The notes below the pieces were generated by a model. It did not search any database, was not told the origin of the DNA, and worked only from the letters and a program-made list of their open reading frames with translations. Position numbers and translations under genes: made by a program. This document shows positions 9,863 to 18,862 of a stretch of DNA of 59,116 nt, piece after piece. The DNA lies in assembly GCA_030528905.1 (NCBI GenBank), contig JAUMXZ010000001.1:1-59116 (forward strand), given 5' to 3'. Positions within the stretch are counted from its first letter, which is position 1. Every line of letters begins with the position of its first letter. This DNA comes from Clostridia bacterium. Lineage in GTDB: Bacteria > Bacillota > Clostridia > Oscillospirales > Acutalibacteraceae.

Positions 9863-10504
9863 ATGAAACCAATAAGAATGGCACTGACTAAAGGTCGGCT
9901 TGAAAAAGATACACTAAAACTTTTTGAGAAAATCGGAATTGACTGTGAGCCTTTGAAAAATAAGGGAAGAAAACTTATTATACCGCTTGATAATAATAAA
10001 ATAGAAGTAATTTTAGCAAAATCACCGGATGTTATAACCTATATAGAAAACGGAGTTTGTGACCTGGGAGTAGTAGGAAGAGATACAATACTTGAAAAAG
10101 GCGGAAGCTTCTATGAAATATCAGACCTCGGCTTTGGCAGATGTAAATTTTGTCTTGCAACTAAAAAAGATTCTGATTTTTTTAAAGGGCATAGAAAGAA
10201 AACTATAGCAACAAAATATCCAAATGTGGCAAGGAATTATTTTGACAAGCAGGATATGGATGTAAGAATAATAAAAATAGAAGGGTCTGTGGAACTTGCT
10301 CCGCTTTTAGACCTTGCTGATGCTATAGTCGATATAGTAGAAACCGGCTCAACCTTAAAAGAAAACGGACTGGTGGTAATTAAAGAAGTTACTGATGTAT
10401 CAGCAAGACTTATTGCTAATACGGCAAGTTTAAAATTAAGAAAACAAGAGATAGAAGATTTAGTATACAGACTTGAAAAAGCTAAGGAGGAACTAAATGA
10501 TTAA
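9863..10504 (+). CDS. hisG: ATP phosphoribosyltransferase, short form
   Basis: About 213 aa, with LGVVGRDTILE and DIVETGSTLKENGL motifs. ATG 9863 lies 8 nt after AGGAG; the ORF-track TTG 9860 is less likely. Confidence 0.93.
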   Translation: MKPIRMALTKGRLEKDTLKLFEKIGIDCEPLKNKGRKLIIPLDNNKIEVILAKSPDVITYIENGVCDLGVVGRDTILEKGGSFYEISDLGFGRCKFCLATKKDSDFFKGHRKKTIATKYPNVARNYFDKQDMDVRIIKIEGSVELAPLLDLADAIVDIVETGSTLKENGLVVIKEVTDVSARLIANTASLKLRKQEIEDLVYRLEKAKEELND

Positions 10505-11789
10505 CCTGTTTAAAACAAATACAAACGAATTAAAAGAGTTTTTTGATACGCTTTCTTCAAGAAATTACAGTATATCAGGAGATATTGAGAAAAAAGTCAG
10601 AGATATAATAGAAGATGTGAGAATAAATAAAGATAAGGCTTTGTTTAAATACACTGAAATGTTTGACGGAGTTGTTCCTGAAGAATATGAAGTGAGTGAA
10701 GAAGAAAAACAGTATGCGATAGAAAATTGTGACAAGGACTTTTTAAAAGCAATAAAAAAATGCGCAGAAAATATATTCTCATTCCACCAAAAACAGCTTG
10801 AAAAAAGCTGGATCGACACAAATGAAAATGGAGTTATACTAGGGCAGAGAATAAGAGGTCTTGCCAAAGTCGGAATATATGTTCCGGGCGGTACAGCAGC
10901 TTATCCGTCTTCTGTATTGATGAATGCAATTCCTGCAAGGATAGCAGGGGTTAAAGAAATAATAATGGTTACACCGCCGTTTAAGGACGAGAACAGTAAA
11001 AATAATATCCTGGCAGCAGCAGTAGTAGCAAAGGTTGACAGGATTTTCACCTTCGGAGGTGCCCAGGCTGTAGCAGCATTAGCTTTTGGAACCGAAATAA
11101 TACCAAAGGTCGATAAAATTGTAGGACCGGGAAATATTTTTGTTGCAACAGCCAAAAAATTACTTTACGGCACTGTGGATATAGATATGGTTGCCGGCCC
11201 AAGTGAAATTTTGGTTATTGCAGATAAAACAGCAAATCCAAAATTCCTTGCAGCAGATTTATTATCTCAGGCAGAACACGACACAATGGCGTCCTCAGTT
11301 CTTCTTGTAACAGATGAAAATTTAGCCTATGAAACGATGAATCAGGTGAAAATACAGGCTGAAAAATTAGAGCGATATGAAATAATGAAAAAATCTTTAA
11401 AAGATTATTCAGCGATAATAATTTGCAAGAACATAGACACCGCAATAGATATTGCAAATGATATAGCTCCGGAACATCTTGAGGTTTGTGTTGAAGATCC
11501 AATGAGATATATAGGCAAGATAGATAACGCAGGCTCAGTCTTCTTAGGACACTATTCACCCGAAGCACTTGGAGATTATTATGCAGGCCCGAATCACGTT
11601 TTACCAACAGGTGCAACAGCCAGATTCTTCTCACCCTTAGGTGTTGATAGCTTCATTAAAAAATCAAGCTTCATTTATTACACTTTTGAAGCGTTAAAAG
11701 AGGCTAAAAATGATATTATAACAGTTGCAAATGAAGAAGGCTTAACAGCACACGCAAATTCTGTTAAGGTAAGATTTGAGGAAGATTAA
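10497..11789 (+). CDS. hisD: Histidinol dehydrogenase
   Basis: Motifs LLSQAEHD, IAPEHLEV and GDYYAGPNHVLPTGATARF. AAGGAGG SD. Overlaps the hisG end. Confidence 0.95.
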   Translation: MINLFKTNTNELKEFFDTLSSRNYSISGDIEKKVRDIIEDVRINKDKALFKYTEMFDGVVPEEYEVSEEEKQYAIENCDKDFLKAIKKCAENIFSFHQKQLEKSWIDTNENGVILGQRIRGLAKVGIYVPGGTAAYPSSVLMNAIPARIAGVKEIIMVTPPFKDENSKNNILAAAVVAKVDRIFTFGGAQAVAALAFGTEIIPKVDKIVGPGNIFVATAKKLLYGTVDIDMVAGPSEILVIADKTANPKFLAADLLSQAEHDTMASSVLLVTDENLAYETMNQVKIQAEKLERYEIMKKSLKDYSAIIICKNIDTAIDIANDIAPEHLEVCVEDPMRYIGKIDNAGSVFLGHYSPEALGDYYAGPNHVLPTGATARFFSPLGVDSFIKKSSFIYYTFEALKEAKNDIITVANEEGLTAHANSVKVRFEED

Positions 11790-11806
11790 CCCGGGAGGTG
11801 ATATAA

Positions 11807-12883
11807 TTGTCATATCAGCTTAACAGCAAAATAAGAACTCTTATTCCCTATGAGCCTATATGCGGCGATTTTGAGATAAGACTTGATGCGAATGAATCAT
11901 ATATTAACTTTCCTCGGTATATTACAGATAAGATACAAGAACAGATAAAAAGCATAGACTTCAACAGATACCCTGACCCTTATTGCAAAAACTTATGCAA
12001 AAGCGTAGCACAGTTTTATAATATAGATGAAAATTTGATAACTATAGGCGATGGATCTGATGAGTTAATAGGTGTTATTATAAATTCGTTTTTGCAAAAA
12101 GGTGATAATATCATCACTCTTTCACACGATTTCTCAATGTACGGGTTTTACGCCTTTTTATCGGAAATGAATAATATTGTTGTTGATAAGAATGAGGATT
12201 TAACCATAGATGTAGACAGGATGATAAAAACAGCTTGTGGAAATGATGTCAAAATGATAATATTTTCAAATCCCTGCAATCCAACATCTATAGGCCTTGA
12301 TAAACAAAGCGTAAGAAAACTTATAAATTCAGTAGAGTCGCTGGTTGTGTTAGACGAAGCTTATATGGACTTTTGGAATGAGTCTTTGCTTAGCGAAACT
12401 GCAGATTATGATAACCTGATAATTCTCAGAACCGCATCAAAAGCCTTTGGCGCTGCTGCTGTAAGACTCGGAATAGCTGTTGCCAATAATGTTATAACCC
12501 AAGCGTTAAAAGCGGTTAAAGCCCCCTATAATGTAAACTCTGTAACTCAGAAAATAGGAGAAATTATATATAAAGAAAAAAACTTTATAACAGGCAATAT
12601 AAAAGAGATAATCAAAAACAAGGAGTTTTTAGCTAATGGTTTGTTAAAAATTCAAAAAAATAGACCTGATGTGTTCACGGTTTATAAATCAGATACGAAT
12701 TTTGTATTTATGAAAATGGAGAATACAAATAAAAGTAAAGAGATTTTTGAATATCTGAAGGAAAATAAAATCGTGATAAGATGTATGGGAAGCTTTTTAA
12801 GAGTTACAGCAGGAAGTAAAGACCAATGCAAAAAGTTTCTTGCATTGTTTGAAAATAAACTTAGCAGTATGTATGGTGAATAG
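11807..12883 (+). CDS. hisC: Histidinol-phosphate aminotransferase
   Basis: Class II aminotransferase with NPCNPTS and LRTASKAFG (PLP lysine). TTG start after GGGAGGTG. Confidence 0.9.
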   Translation: MSYQLNSKIRTLIPYEPICGDFEIRLDANESYINFPRYITDKIQEQIKSIDFNRYPDPYCKNLCKSVAQFYNIDENLITIGDGSDELIGVIINSFLQKGDNIITLSHDFSMYGFYAFLSEMNNIVVDKNEDLTIDVDRMIKTACGNDVKMIIFSNPCNPTSIGLDKQSVRKLINSVESLVVLDEAYMDFWNESLLSETADYDNLIILRTASKAFGAAAVRLGIAVANNVITQALKAVKAPYNVNSVTQKIGEIIYKEKNFITGNIKEIIKNKEFLANGLLKIQKNRPDVFTVYKSDTNFVFMKMENTNKSKEIFEYLKENKIVIRCMGSFLRVTAGSKDQCKKFLALFENKLSSMYGE

Positions 12884-12885
12884 AA

Positions 12886-13497
12886 ATGGAAGAAAATATA
12901 AAAGATTTAACAAAATTTGAAAGAACAGCAACAATAACAAGAGAAACCAAAGAAACTTCAATAACCGTCAGCATAGATTTAGACGGCGGATTAACTCAGA
13001 TAGAAACCGGAGTAGGCTTTTTTGATCATATGCTCACTGCTTTTGCAACACATTCAGGGTTTTCTCTTAAAGTCAAAACAACAGGCGACCTGTTTGTCGA
13101 TTGTCACCACACAGTTGAAGATACGGGAATAGTCTTAGGACAAGCCTTCAAAAAAGCGTTAGGTACCGAACCTGTAAAAAGATTTGCAGATGCTTATATA
13201 CCAATGGACGAAAGTTTATCGTTTTGTGCTGTTGATATAAGCTCAAGACCGTATCTTGTATTTGATGCAAATTTCCCTCAAAGCCAAATAGGCGACTTTG
13301 ATGCGTGTATGGTAAAAGAGTTCTTTACAGCATTCGCCTTTAATGCAGGAATAACATTACATATGAAGAACTTATACGGAGATAATTCTCACCACATAGC
13401 AGAATCGCTTTTTAAAGCATTCGCCTACTGTATGAAGAAGGCAACAAGATTAAATGAAGATGGCAGACTTATGTCAACAAAGGGAATCTTAGGATAA
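12886..13497 (+). CDS. hisB: Imidazoleglycerol-phosphate dehydratase (monofunctional)
   Basis: IGPD metal motifs FFDHMLTAF, DCHHTVEDTGI and GDNSHHIAESLFKAF. No phosphatase domain. Confidence 0.95.
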   Translation: MEENIKDLTKFERTATITRETKETSITVSIDLDGGLTQIETGVGFFDHMLTAFATHSGFSLKVKTTGDLFVDCHHTVEDTGIVLGQAFKKALGTEPVKRFADAYIPMDESLSFCAVDISSRPYLVFDANFPQSQIGDFDACMVKEFFTAFAFNAGITLHMKNLYGDNSHHIAESLFKAFAYCMKKATRLNEDGRLMSTKGILG

Positions 13498-13526
13498 ACC
13501 TAATAAGAAAAAAGGTGGGATGAAAA

Positions 13527-14570
13527 ATGATAATTTTCCCGGCAATAGATTTAAAAGATAAAAACTGCGTAAGACTTAAAATGGGCGATTACAACACAGT
13601 CCATAAGGTAGCAAAAGATCCGGTTATGACCGCTTTGGAATTTAAAAAGAATGGTGCACAGTGGCTTCATATGGTCGACCTTGATGGGGCAAAAGATGCA
13701 ACAACTGCTAATTCACAGGTAGTTTTGGATGTCTTAAAAAACAGTGGACTAAAAATAGAAATCGGCGGCGGAATAAGAGATATGAAAACAGTAGAGTTCT
13801 ATCTTGAAAACGGTATATCAAGAGTCATACTCGGATCTGCAGCAGTTAAAAATCCGCAGTTTATAAAAGAAGCGGTAAAAAAATATCCTGATAACATAGC
13901 TGTTGGAATTGATGCTAAAGACGGTATGGTAGCAACAGACGGATGGATAGAAAAAACAGACATACATTATATAGAGCTTGCTAAAAGAATGGAGCAAATA
14001 GGCGTTAAATATATAATCTACACCGATATATCAAAAGACGGAATGTTGTGCGGAAGTAACATACAGCAGCTTTATGATCTAAGCAAAGCTGTAAGCTGTA
14101 ATATAACAGCAAGCGGCGGAGTATCGTGTCTTGATGATATAAAGGACATAGCCTCTTTAAACCTTTATGCAGCTATCTGCGGCAAAGCGATATACAGCGG
14201 AAATCTCGATTTAAGAGAGGCAATAAATTATACCAATAAACCAAATAACGAATATTCGGATATAAGAAAGTTTTTCAAAAAAGACAGTCTTATCCCGGCA
14301 ATAGTACAGGATTATAATAATGAAGAGGTTCTGATGCTTGCCTATGTAAATAAAGAGTCTTTTGAAAAAATGCTTTTGACCGGTTATACCTGGTTTTACA
14401 GCAGATCAAGACAGGAATTGTGGAATAAAGGTGCAACATCAGGACATTATCAAAAGGTTATAAGCATATCAGGAGATTGCGATAGCGATACGCTGCTTAT
14501 AAAAGTTTTACAAACAGGAAATGCGTGTCATACTGGTAAAAGAAGTTGTTTTTTTGAAAGGGTACTTTAG
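13527..14570 (+). CDS. hisA/hisI: Fusion protein: ProFAR isomerase (HisA) + phosphoribosyl-AMP cyclohydrolase (HisI)
   Basis: Residues 1-235 read as HisA ([36 protein letters not shown]). Residues ~255-347 read as HisI (LIPAIVQD...[49 protein letters not shown]). A ~20-aa linker joins them. Confidence 0.9.
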   Translation: MIIFPAIDLKDKNCVRLKMGDYNTVHKVAKDPVMTALEFKKNGAQWLHMVDLDGAKDATTANSQVVLDVLKNSGLKIEIGGGIRDMKTVEFYLENGISRVILGSAAVKNPQFIKEAVKKYPDNIAVGIDAKDGMVATDGWIEKTDIHYIELAKRMEQIGVKYIIYTDISKDGMLCGSNIQQLYDLSKAVSCNITASGGVSCLDDIKDIASLNLYAAICGKAIYSGNLDLREAINYTNKPNNEYSDIRKFFKKDSLIPAIVQDYNNEEVLMLAYVNKESFEKMLLTGYTWFYSRSRQELWNKGATSGHYQKVISISGDCDSDTLLIKVLQTGNACHTGKRSCFFERVL

Positions 14571-14580
14571 GTGACTTGTT

Positions 14581-14961
14581 ATGGATATGAGTTTAGGTGA
14601 GTTGTATTGTCAGATGTATTATGAGAACAAGAGAAAAGAAAAACCTCTTGGAGAAGATGATATATTAAGTAAGAATATACAGGAAATTTTAGATATAAAT
14701 CTTAATGAGATAAACAGCATTTCAGATGCCTGCGGAGAAGAAAGAAAAACAGATATACTTAACAATGTGGCAGATTTGTTTTACGATTTAATGGCATTGC
14801 TTGTAAAGCTTGATATACCTATTGAAAGATTTGATAAAGAGATTTTAAACAGACTGAAATATCGTCAGCATCTTTTAGAGAAAAACGGTTTTAGTAAATA
14901 TAAGTATGATGTCTGGGCGATGAATCGGTTTGAAAAGACTACAAAATATTTAAAAAAATAA
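14581..14961 (+). CDS. Divergent HisE/MazG-like all-alpha NTP-pyrophosphohydrolase-fold protein
   Basis: AGGTGA SD lies 7 nt upstream. The core NEINSISDACGEERKTDILNNVADLFYDLMALLVKLDIPIERF aligns by eye with GEECSETIIAAKNNDNKETVFEISDLIYHLTVLMVNQGIDIKDV of the adjacent hisE. Several acidic positions are replaced. Confidence 0.55.
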   Translation: MDMSLGELYCQMYYENKRKEKPLGEDDILSKNIQEILDINLNEINSISDACGEERKTDILNNVADLFYDLMALLVKLDIPIERFDKEILNRLKYRQHLLEKNGFSKYKYDVWAMNRFEKTTKYLKK

Positions 14962-14982
14962 AATGATATATGGAGAGATATT

Positions 14983-15309
14983 ATGAGCGGAGAACTTGAA
15001 ATTTTATATGAAACGATAAAAAAGAGAAAAGAGGAAAAACAAGAAGGGTCATATACCTGCTATCTGTTTGAACAGGGACTTGATAAAATACTGAAAAAAT
15101 GCGGCGAAGAGTGCAGCGAAACAATTATAGCCGCAAAAAACAACGATAATAAGGAAACAGTGTTTGAAATTTCTGACTTGATTTATCACCTTACAGTATT
15201 GATGGTTAACCAAGGTATAGATATAAAAGATGTAATGAAAGAGCTTGAAAAAAGAAGCGGAAAAACCGGCAACTTAAAGAAATTTCATAAAGTAGATAAA
15301 AACACTTAG
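14983..15309 (+). CDS. hisE: Phosphoribosyl-ATP pyrophosphatase
   Basis: 108 aa with SYTCYLFEQGLDKILKKCGEECSETIIAAK and EISDLIYHLTVLM, the canonical HisE pattern. Confidence 0.9.
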   Translation: MSGELEILYETIKKRKEEKQEGSYTCYLFEQGLDKILKKCGEECSETIIAAKNNDNKETVFEISDLIYHLTVLMVNQGIDIKDVMKELEKRSGKTGNLKKFHKVDKNT

Positions 15310-15332
15310 CCCATAAAAGGAAAAGCGATGTT

Positions 15333-16013
15333 ATGAACGAAGTACTTTTTATAGCAGCTATGTTCGGGATTTTTATATCTGTTATGATCATAGCAAAATT
15401 TTTCGGCAAGGAAGGGCTCATAGCTTTTGTCGCTATAGCTACGGTACTTGCAAATATCTTTGTTACAAAACAAGTCAATATATTGGGCTTTAATACAACA
15501 TTGGGAAGTATAACATTTTCAAGCATATTTCTATGCACAGATATAATAAGCGAAGTGTATGGCTTCAAAGAAAGCAAGAAGGCTGTTAAAATAGGTTTTA
15601 TGTTCGCTGTTATATTTATTATAGCAACACAGGTAGTAATAGCGTTTGAGCCGAACAGTATGGATTTAGTTCAGGATTCAATGATGTCTCTTTTTGGAAT
15701 TTCACTCAGAACAACGCTTGCAAGCTTAGTGATGTTTTTTGCATCAAATATATCTGATGTGTATTTGTTTGCGTTTTTGAAAAAGAAATTCCCAAATTCT
15801 TTGTGGCTCAGGAATAATATTTCCACAATCTTATGCAACGGAATTGAGAACTTTTTATTCGTATATGCAGCGTTTATAGGGATCTACTCAGCACAGGAAT
15901 GCCTTGAAATAGCGCTTACAACCTGTTTGTTCGAGGTGATTATCAGTATTTGTGATACACCGTTTGTATATTGGGGCAGAAAAATTGCAAAAGTAGATGA
16001 AAAGAGGGTTTGA
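15333..16013 (+). CDS. VUT/YhhQ-family (DUF165) membrane transporter, putative queuosine-precursor transporter
   Basis: Six predicted TM segments. The FSSIFLCTDIISEVYG motif and the length are typical of the YhhQ family. Confidence 0.7.
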   Translation: MNEVLFIAAMFGIFISVMIIAKFFGKEGLIAFVAIATVLANIFVTKQVNILGFNTTLGSITFSSIFLCTDIISEVYGFKESKKAVKIGFMFAVIFIIATQVVIAFEPNSMDLVQDSMMSLFGISLRTTLASLVMFFASNISDVYLFAFLKKKFPNSLWLRNNISTILCNGIENFLFVYAAFIGIYSAQECLEIALTTCLFEVIISICDTPFVYWGRKIAKVDEKRV

Positions 16014-16020
16014 TAAAATT

Positions 16021-16716
16021 ATGAAAGATGTAAAAGAATATTTATCAGGAAAAGTTTATCCGGGCAGAGGAATCGTATGTGGGTTGACAGCTGATGGACA
16101 GAATATATTTTTAGCATATTTTATAATGGGCAGAAGTGAAAACAGCAGAAACAGAATCTTTGAAAAAATAGAAAGCGATATCAGAACAAAGGCTTTTGAT
16201 GAGAATAAAATGAAGGACCCATCCCTTATCATATATAGACCGGTGTGTCATATGAAAGATAAAATAATAATAACAAACGGAGACCAAACAGAAACAATTT
16301 ATGAGTATTTTTGCAAGGACCAAAGCTTTGAAGATGCCTTGAAAACCAGAACCTATGAGCCGGATGATCCTAATTTTACTCCAAGAATATCACTGCTTTT
16401 AGATTATGAAAATGATCTAAAATACAAACTGTCTATAATAAAAAGAGACAGTGGCGAAAAACCAAAGCATTGTTTTTATGAATATAAGCCGCAAAGAGGA
16501 AAAGGCCATATTATTCATACATACTTTGATAATGCAGACCCACTTCCTGCGTTTGAAGGGGAGCCTGTTGAAATTTTCATACCGGAAAGTTTTGAAGAGT
16601 TTACAAACAGTATATGGGAAGGCCTTAATGAGGAAAATAAAATATCTCTGTTTACGGAATGTATAAATGTAAACAGCAAGAAGATAACAAGTATGATAAA
16701 AAATAAAAATGAATAG
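16021..16716 (+). CDS. PurO-like (archaeal-type) IMP cyclohydrolase family protein
   Basis: YPGRGIVCGLTADG...YFIMGRSENSRNR resembles the PurO family N-terminus. ATG 16021 (MKDVKEYL) was chosen; ATG 15997 would overlap the upstream gene. Confidence 0.65.
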   Translation: MKDVKEYLSGKVYPGRGIVCGLTADGQNIFLAYFIMGRSENSRNRIFEKIESDIRTKAFDENKMKDPSLIIYRPVCHMKDKIIITNGDQTETIYEYFCKDQSFEDALKTRTYEPDDPNFTPRISLLLDYENDLKYKLSIIKRDSGEKPKHCFYEYKPQRGKGHIIHTYFDNADPLPAFEGEPVEIFIPESFEEFTNSIWEGLNEENKISLFTECINVNSKKITSMIKNKNE

Positions 16717-16728
16717 CGGAGGATTAAA

Positions 16729-16998
16729 ATGAAAGCGGTTATTACTGTAATAGGAAAAGATATAGTGGGCATACTTGCAAAGGTTTCAACTATGTGTGCT
16801 AAGTATAATATAAATATTATGGATGTAACACAGTCAGTGCTTCAGGACTTGTTTGCAATGATAATGCTCGTTGATATGAAAACCTGTACAATAGATTTTA
16901 AAGAATTTGTTGATAAGATGGCACTACTCGGAGAAGATGAAAATTTAAAGATTCACGTTATGCACGAAGATATATTTAATTCTATGCACAAGATATAA
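16729..16998 (+). CDS. ACT domain protein (UPF0237 family)
   Basis: 89-aa single ACT fold (VITVIGKDIVGILAKVS). GGAGG SD. Conserved partner gene of UPF0210. Confidence 0.8.
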   Translation: MKAVITVIGKDIVGILAKVSTMCAKYNINIMDVTQSVLQDLFAMIMLVDMKTCTIDFKEFVDKMALLGEDENLKIHVMHEDIFNSMHKI

Positions 16999-17022
16999 CT
17001 TTTACGGAGGAATTTGAAATTT

Positions 17023-18381
17023 ATGTTGAATACAGGAGATGTACTTGAAACAATAGAAATGATACAGCAGGAGCATCTGGATATAAGAACAATAACAATG
17101 GGGATCTCGCTGTTTGATTGTGCTTGTGATGATATAGACAGATTATCTTATAAAATTTATGACAAAGTCTGCCGATATGCAAAAGATTTAGTCAAGACAG
17201 GCAACGATATAGGCAAGGAATATGGAATACCGATAGTAAACAAAAGAATAGCAGTAACACCTATTGCGATGATGGCGGCATCTTGCGGAGGAAAAAATCC
17301 TGTTAAAATAGCTAAGATGCTTGATAAGGCGGCTAACGAATTGGGTGTTGACTTCATAGGCGGATATTCAGCCTTAGTGCAAAAGGGTTTTTCTCCCGGT
17401 GATTATGCTTTAATAGAGAGTATTCCGGAGGCTCTGAGCCAAACACAGCGAGTTTGCTCATCTGTAAATATAGGCTCCACAAAAACCGGTATCAATATGG
17501 ATGCTGTTGCAAAAATGGGCAAGATAATAAAGAAATCAGCAAAGCTGACACAGGATAGAAATTGTATCGGGGCTGCAAAATTAGTTGTGTTTTGCAACGC
17601 ACCGGAAGATAATCCTTTTATGGCAGGAGCTTTTCACGGAGCCGGTGAGCCGGATTGTGTAATAAATGTCGGTATATCCGGTCCGGGAGTAGTCAGCGCA
17701 GCTATAGAAAGAGCAAAAGGCTGCGATATAACACAGATAGCAGAGGTTATAAAAAAGACAGCATTCAAGATAACAAGAGCCGGACAGCTTGTAGCCAGGG
17801 AAGCCTCAAAAAGATTATGTGTGCCGTTTGGAATTATAGATTTATCATTAGCACCAACGCCTGCTGTGGGAGATTCTGTTGCACAGATAATAGAAAATAT
17901 AGGCGTGGAAAATTGCGGAGCCTGTGGTACGACGGCTATTTTAGCTCTTCTTAATGATGCGGTGAAGAAAGGCGGAACAATGGCTTCTTCACATGTTGGA
18001 GGTTTATCAGGTTCATTTATCCCGGTAAGTGAAGACAGAGGTATGATAGAAGCGGTGAAAAAAGGCTGTCTGACGCTTAACAAGTTAGAGGCAATGACAG
18101 CAGTATGTTCAGTAGGCTTAGATATGATAGTAATACCGGGTGATACAAGCAGTGATGTAATTTCAGCAATGATTGCGGACGAAGCGGCAATAGGAATGGT
18201 AAACTCAAAGACAACCGCAGTACGCGTGATACCGGCAATAGGAAAAAATGTGGGCGATGAGCTCGACTTTGGCGGTCTTTTAGGCAAAGGACCTGTTATG
18301 CCGGTAAATACAAGTTCTCCTTCAGTGTTTATAAAACGAGGAGGAAGAATCCCTGCGCCAATACACAGCTTAAAGAATTAA
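17023..18381 (+). CDS. UPF0210 (DUF711) family protein
   Basis: The N-terminus [33 protein letters not shown] and a ~450-aa length are typical of UPF0210. The ATG 17023 choice over TTG 17014 rests mainly on this family N-terminus, not on SD spacing: GGAGG at 17006-17010 is only 3 nt from the TTG but a long 12 nt from the ATG. Confidence 0.8.
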   Translation: MLNTGDVLETIEMIQQEHLDIRTITMGISLFDCACDDIDRLSYKIYDKVCRYAKDLVKTGNDIGKEYGIPIVNKRIAVTPIAMMAASCGGKNPVKIAKMLDKAANELGVDFIGGYSALVQKGFSPGDYALIESIPEALSQTQRVCSSVNIGSTKTGINMDAVAKMGKIIKKSAKLTQDRNCIGAAKLVVFCNAPEDNPFMAGAFHGAGEPDCVINVGISGPGVVSAAIERAKGCDITQIAEVIKKTAFKITRAGQLVAREASKRLCVPFGIIDLSLAPTPAVGDSVAQIIENIGVENCGACGTTAILALLNDAVKKGGTMASSHVGGLSGSFIPVSEDRGMIEAVKKGCLTLNKLEAMTAVCSVGLDMIVIPGDTSSDVISAMIADEAAIGMVNSKTTAVRVIPAIGKNVGDELDFGGLLGKGPVMPVNTSSPSVFIKRGGRIPAPIHSLKN

Positions 18382-18389
18382 AGACAAAA

Positions 18390-18433
18390 GCCATACCGAA
18401 TGAGTTTTCAAACGGTATGGCATCTTTATTTTT
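18390..18433 (+). terminator. Rho-independent terminator ending the polC-his-UPF0210 transcription unit
   Basis: GCCATACCG (18390-18398) pairs perfectly with CGGTATGGC (18413-18421). A T-rich tract, atcTTTaTTTTT, follows. Confidence 0.85.
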
Positions 18434-18524
18434 AGTTAATATGCACAAAACAAGGACAAAAATTACGGCTTATTGATAGAAAATAGAGAAAGTAAAAAAA
18501 AGTTTAAAAAAGTGAAAAAAATAC

Positions 18525-18553
18525 TTGAATTTGACGGTTATATGCTATATAAT
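18525..18553 (+). promoter_or_regulatory. Sigma-A promoter of the S10 operon
   Basis: TTGAAT (18525-18530), 17-nt spacer, TATAAT (18548-18553). An A-rich UP-like tract lies at 18491-18522. Confidence 0.75.
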
Positions 18554-18862
18554 GATGTTTGCAAGACTGCAAATGATATGCGAAGAAGCGGGAGGTTGCG
18601 GCTTTTAGTCGGTTTTTCCGTGGAGTATGTCCGATTTTAAACCGGGCGGATAAATAATGCAAAAGAAGTAAGGACTTAAACTGCGCACTAATGCGCTCTT
18701 TAGCTCTTGTGGGCTTCTTTTGCGTTAAAAACACTTATCTGACTAACTTCCCGGATTTGGCAAGTGCCTGATCCGGTTTTTATATGTATAAAAGTTTAAA
18801 CACCCGGAGCTGGGGTAAGAAAGTGTTGATACCGCTAACTAATTTTTAAGGAGGCGACGAGA
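18554..18862 (+). promoter_or_regulatory. Long structured 5' leader of rpsJ (candidate attenuator RNA)
   Basis: About 300 nt separate the promoter from the rpsJ ATG. Contents: a 10-bp perfect helix GCAAAAGAAG (18659-18668) / CTTCTTTTGC (18714-18723), an inner hairpin GCGCA-ctaa-TGCGC (18683-18696), a boxA-like CGCTCTTTA (18694-18702) and an intrinsic terminator (18751-18781). Confidence 0.6.
18751..18781 (+). terminator. Intrinsic terminator/attenuator inside the rpsJ leader
   Basis: CCGGAT-tt-GGC-aagt-GCC-tg-ATCCGG followed by TTTTT. It lies 82 nt upstream of the rpsJ start codon. Confidence 0.7.

Noticed and set aside
18552-18608. Short ORFs in the rpsJ leader (MMFARLQMICEEAGGCGF, or MICEEAGGCGF from 18573) as possible leader peptides.
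   Set aside because: The first ATG overlaps the -10 box and so is probably not transcribed. Neither ATG has an SD.
18554-18781. I considered whether the promoter-to-terminator unit upstream of rpsJ is a stand-alone small RNA such as 6S, SRP/4.5S, tmRNA or RNase P.
   Set aside because: The 5' and 3' ends do not pair into the long 6S-type rod. No SRP domain IV-like GGAA/AGCA motifs, tmRNA tag ORF or RNase P conserved regions are visible. It is kept as a cis-leader candidate; only a covariance-model search can settle this.
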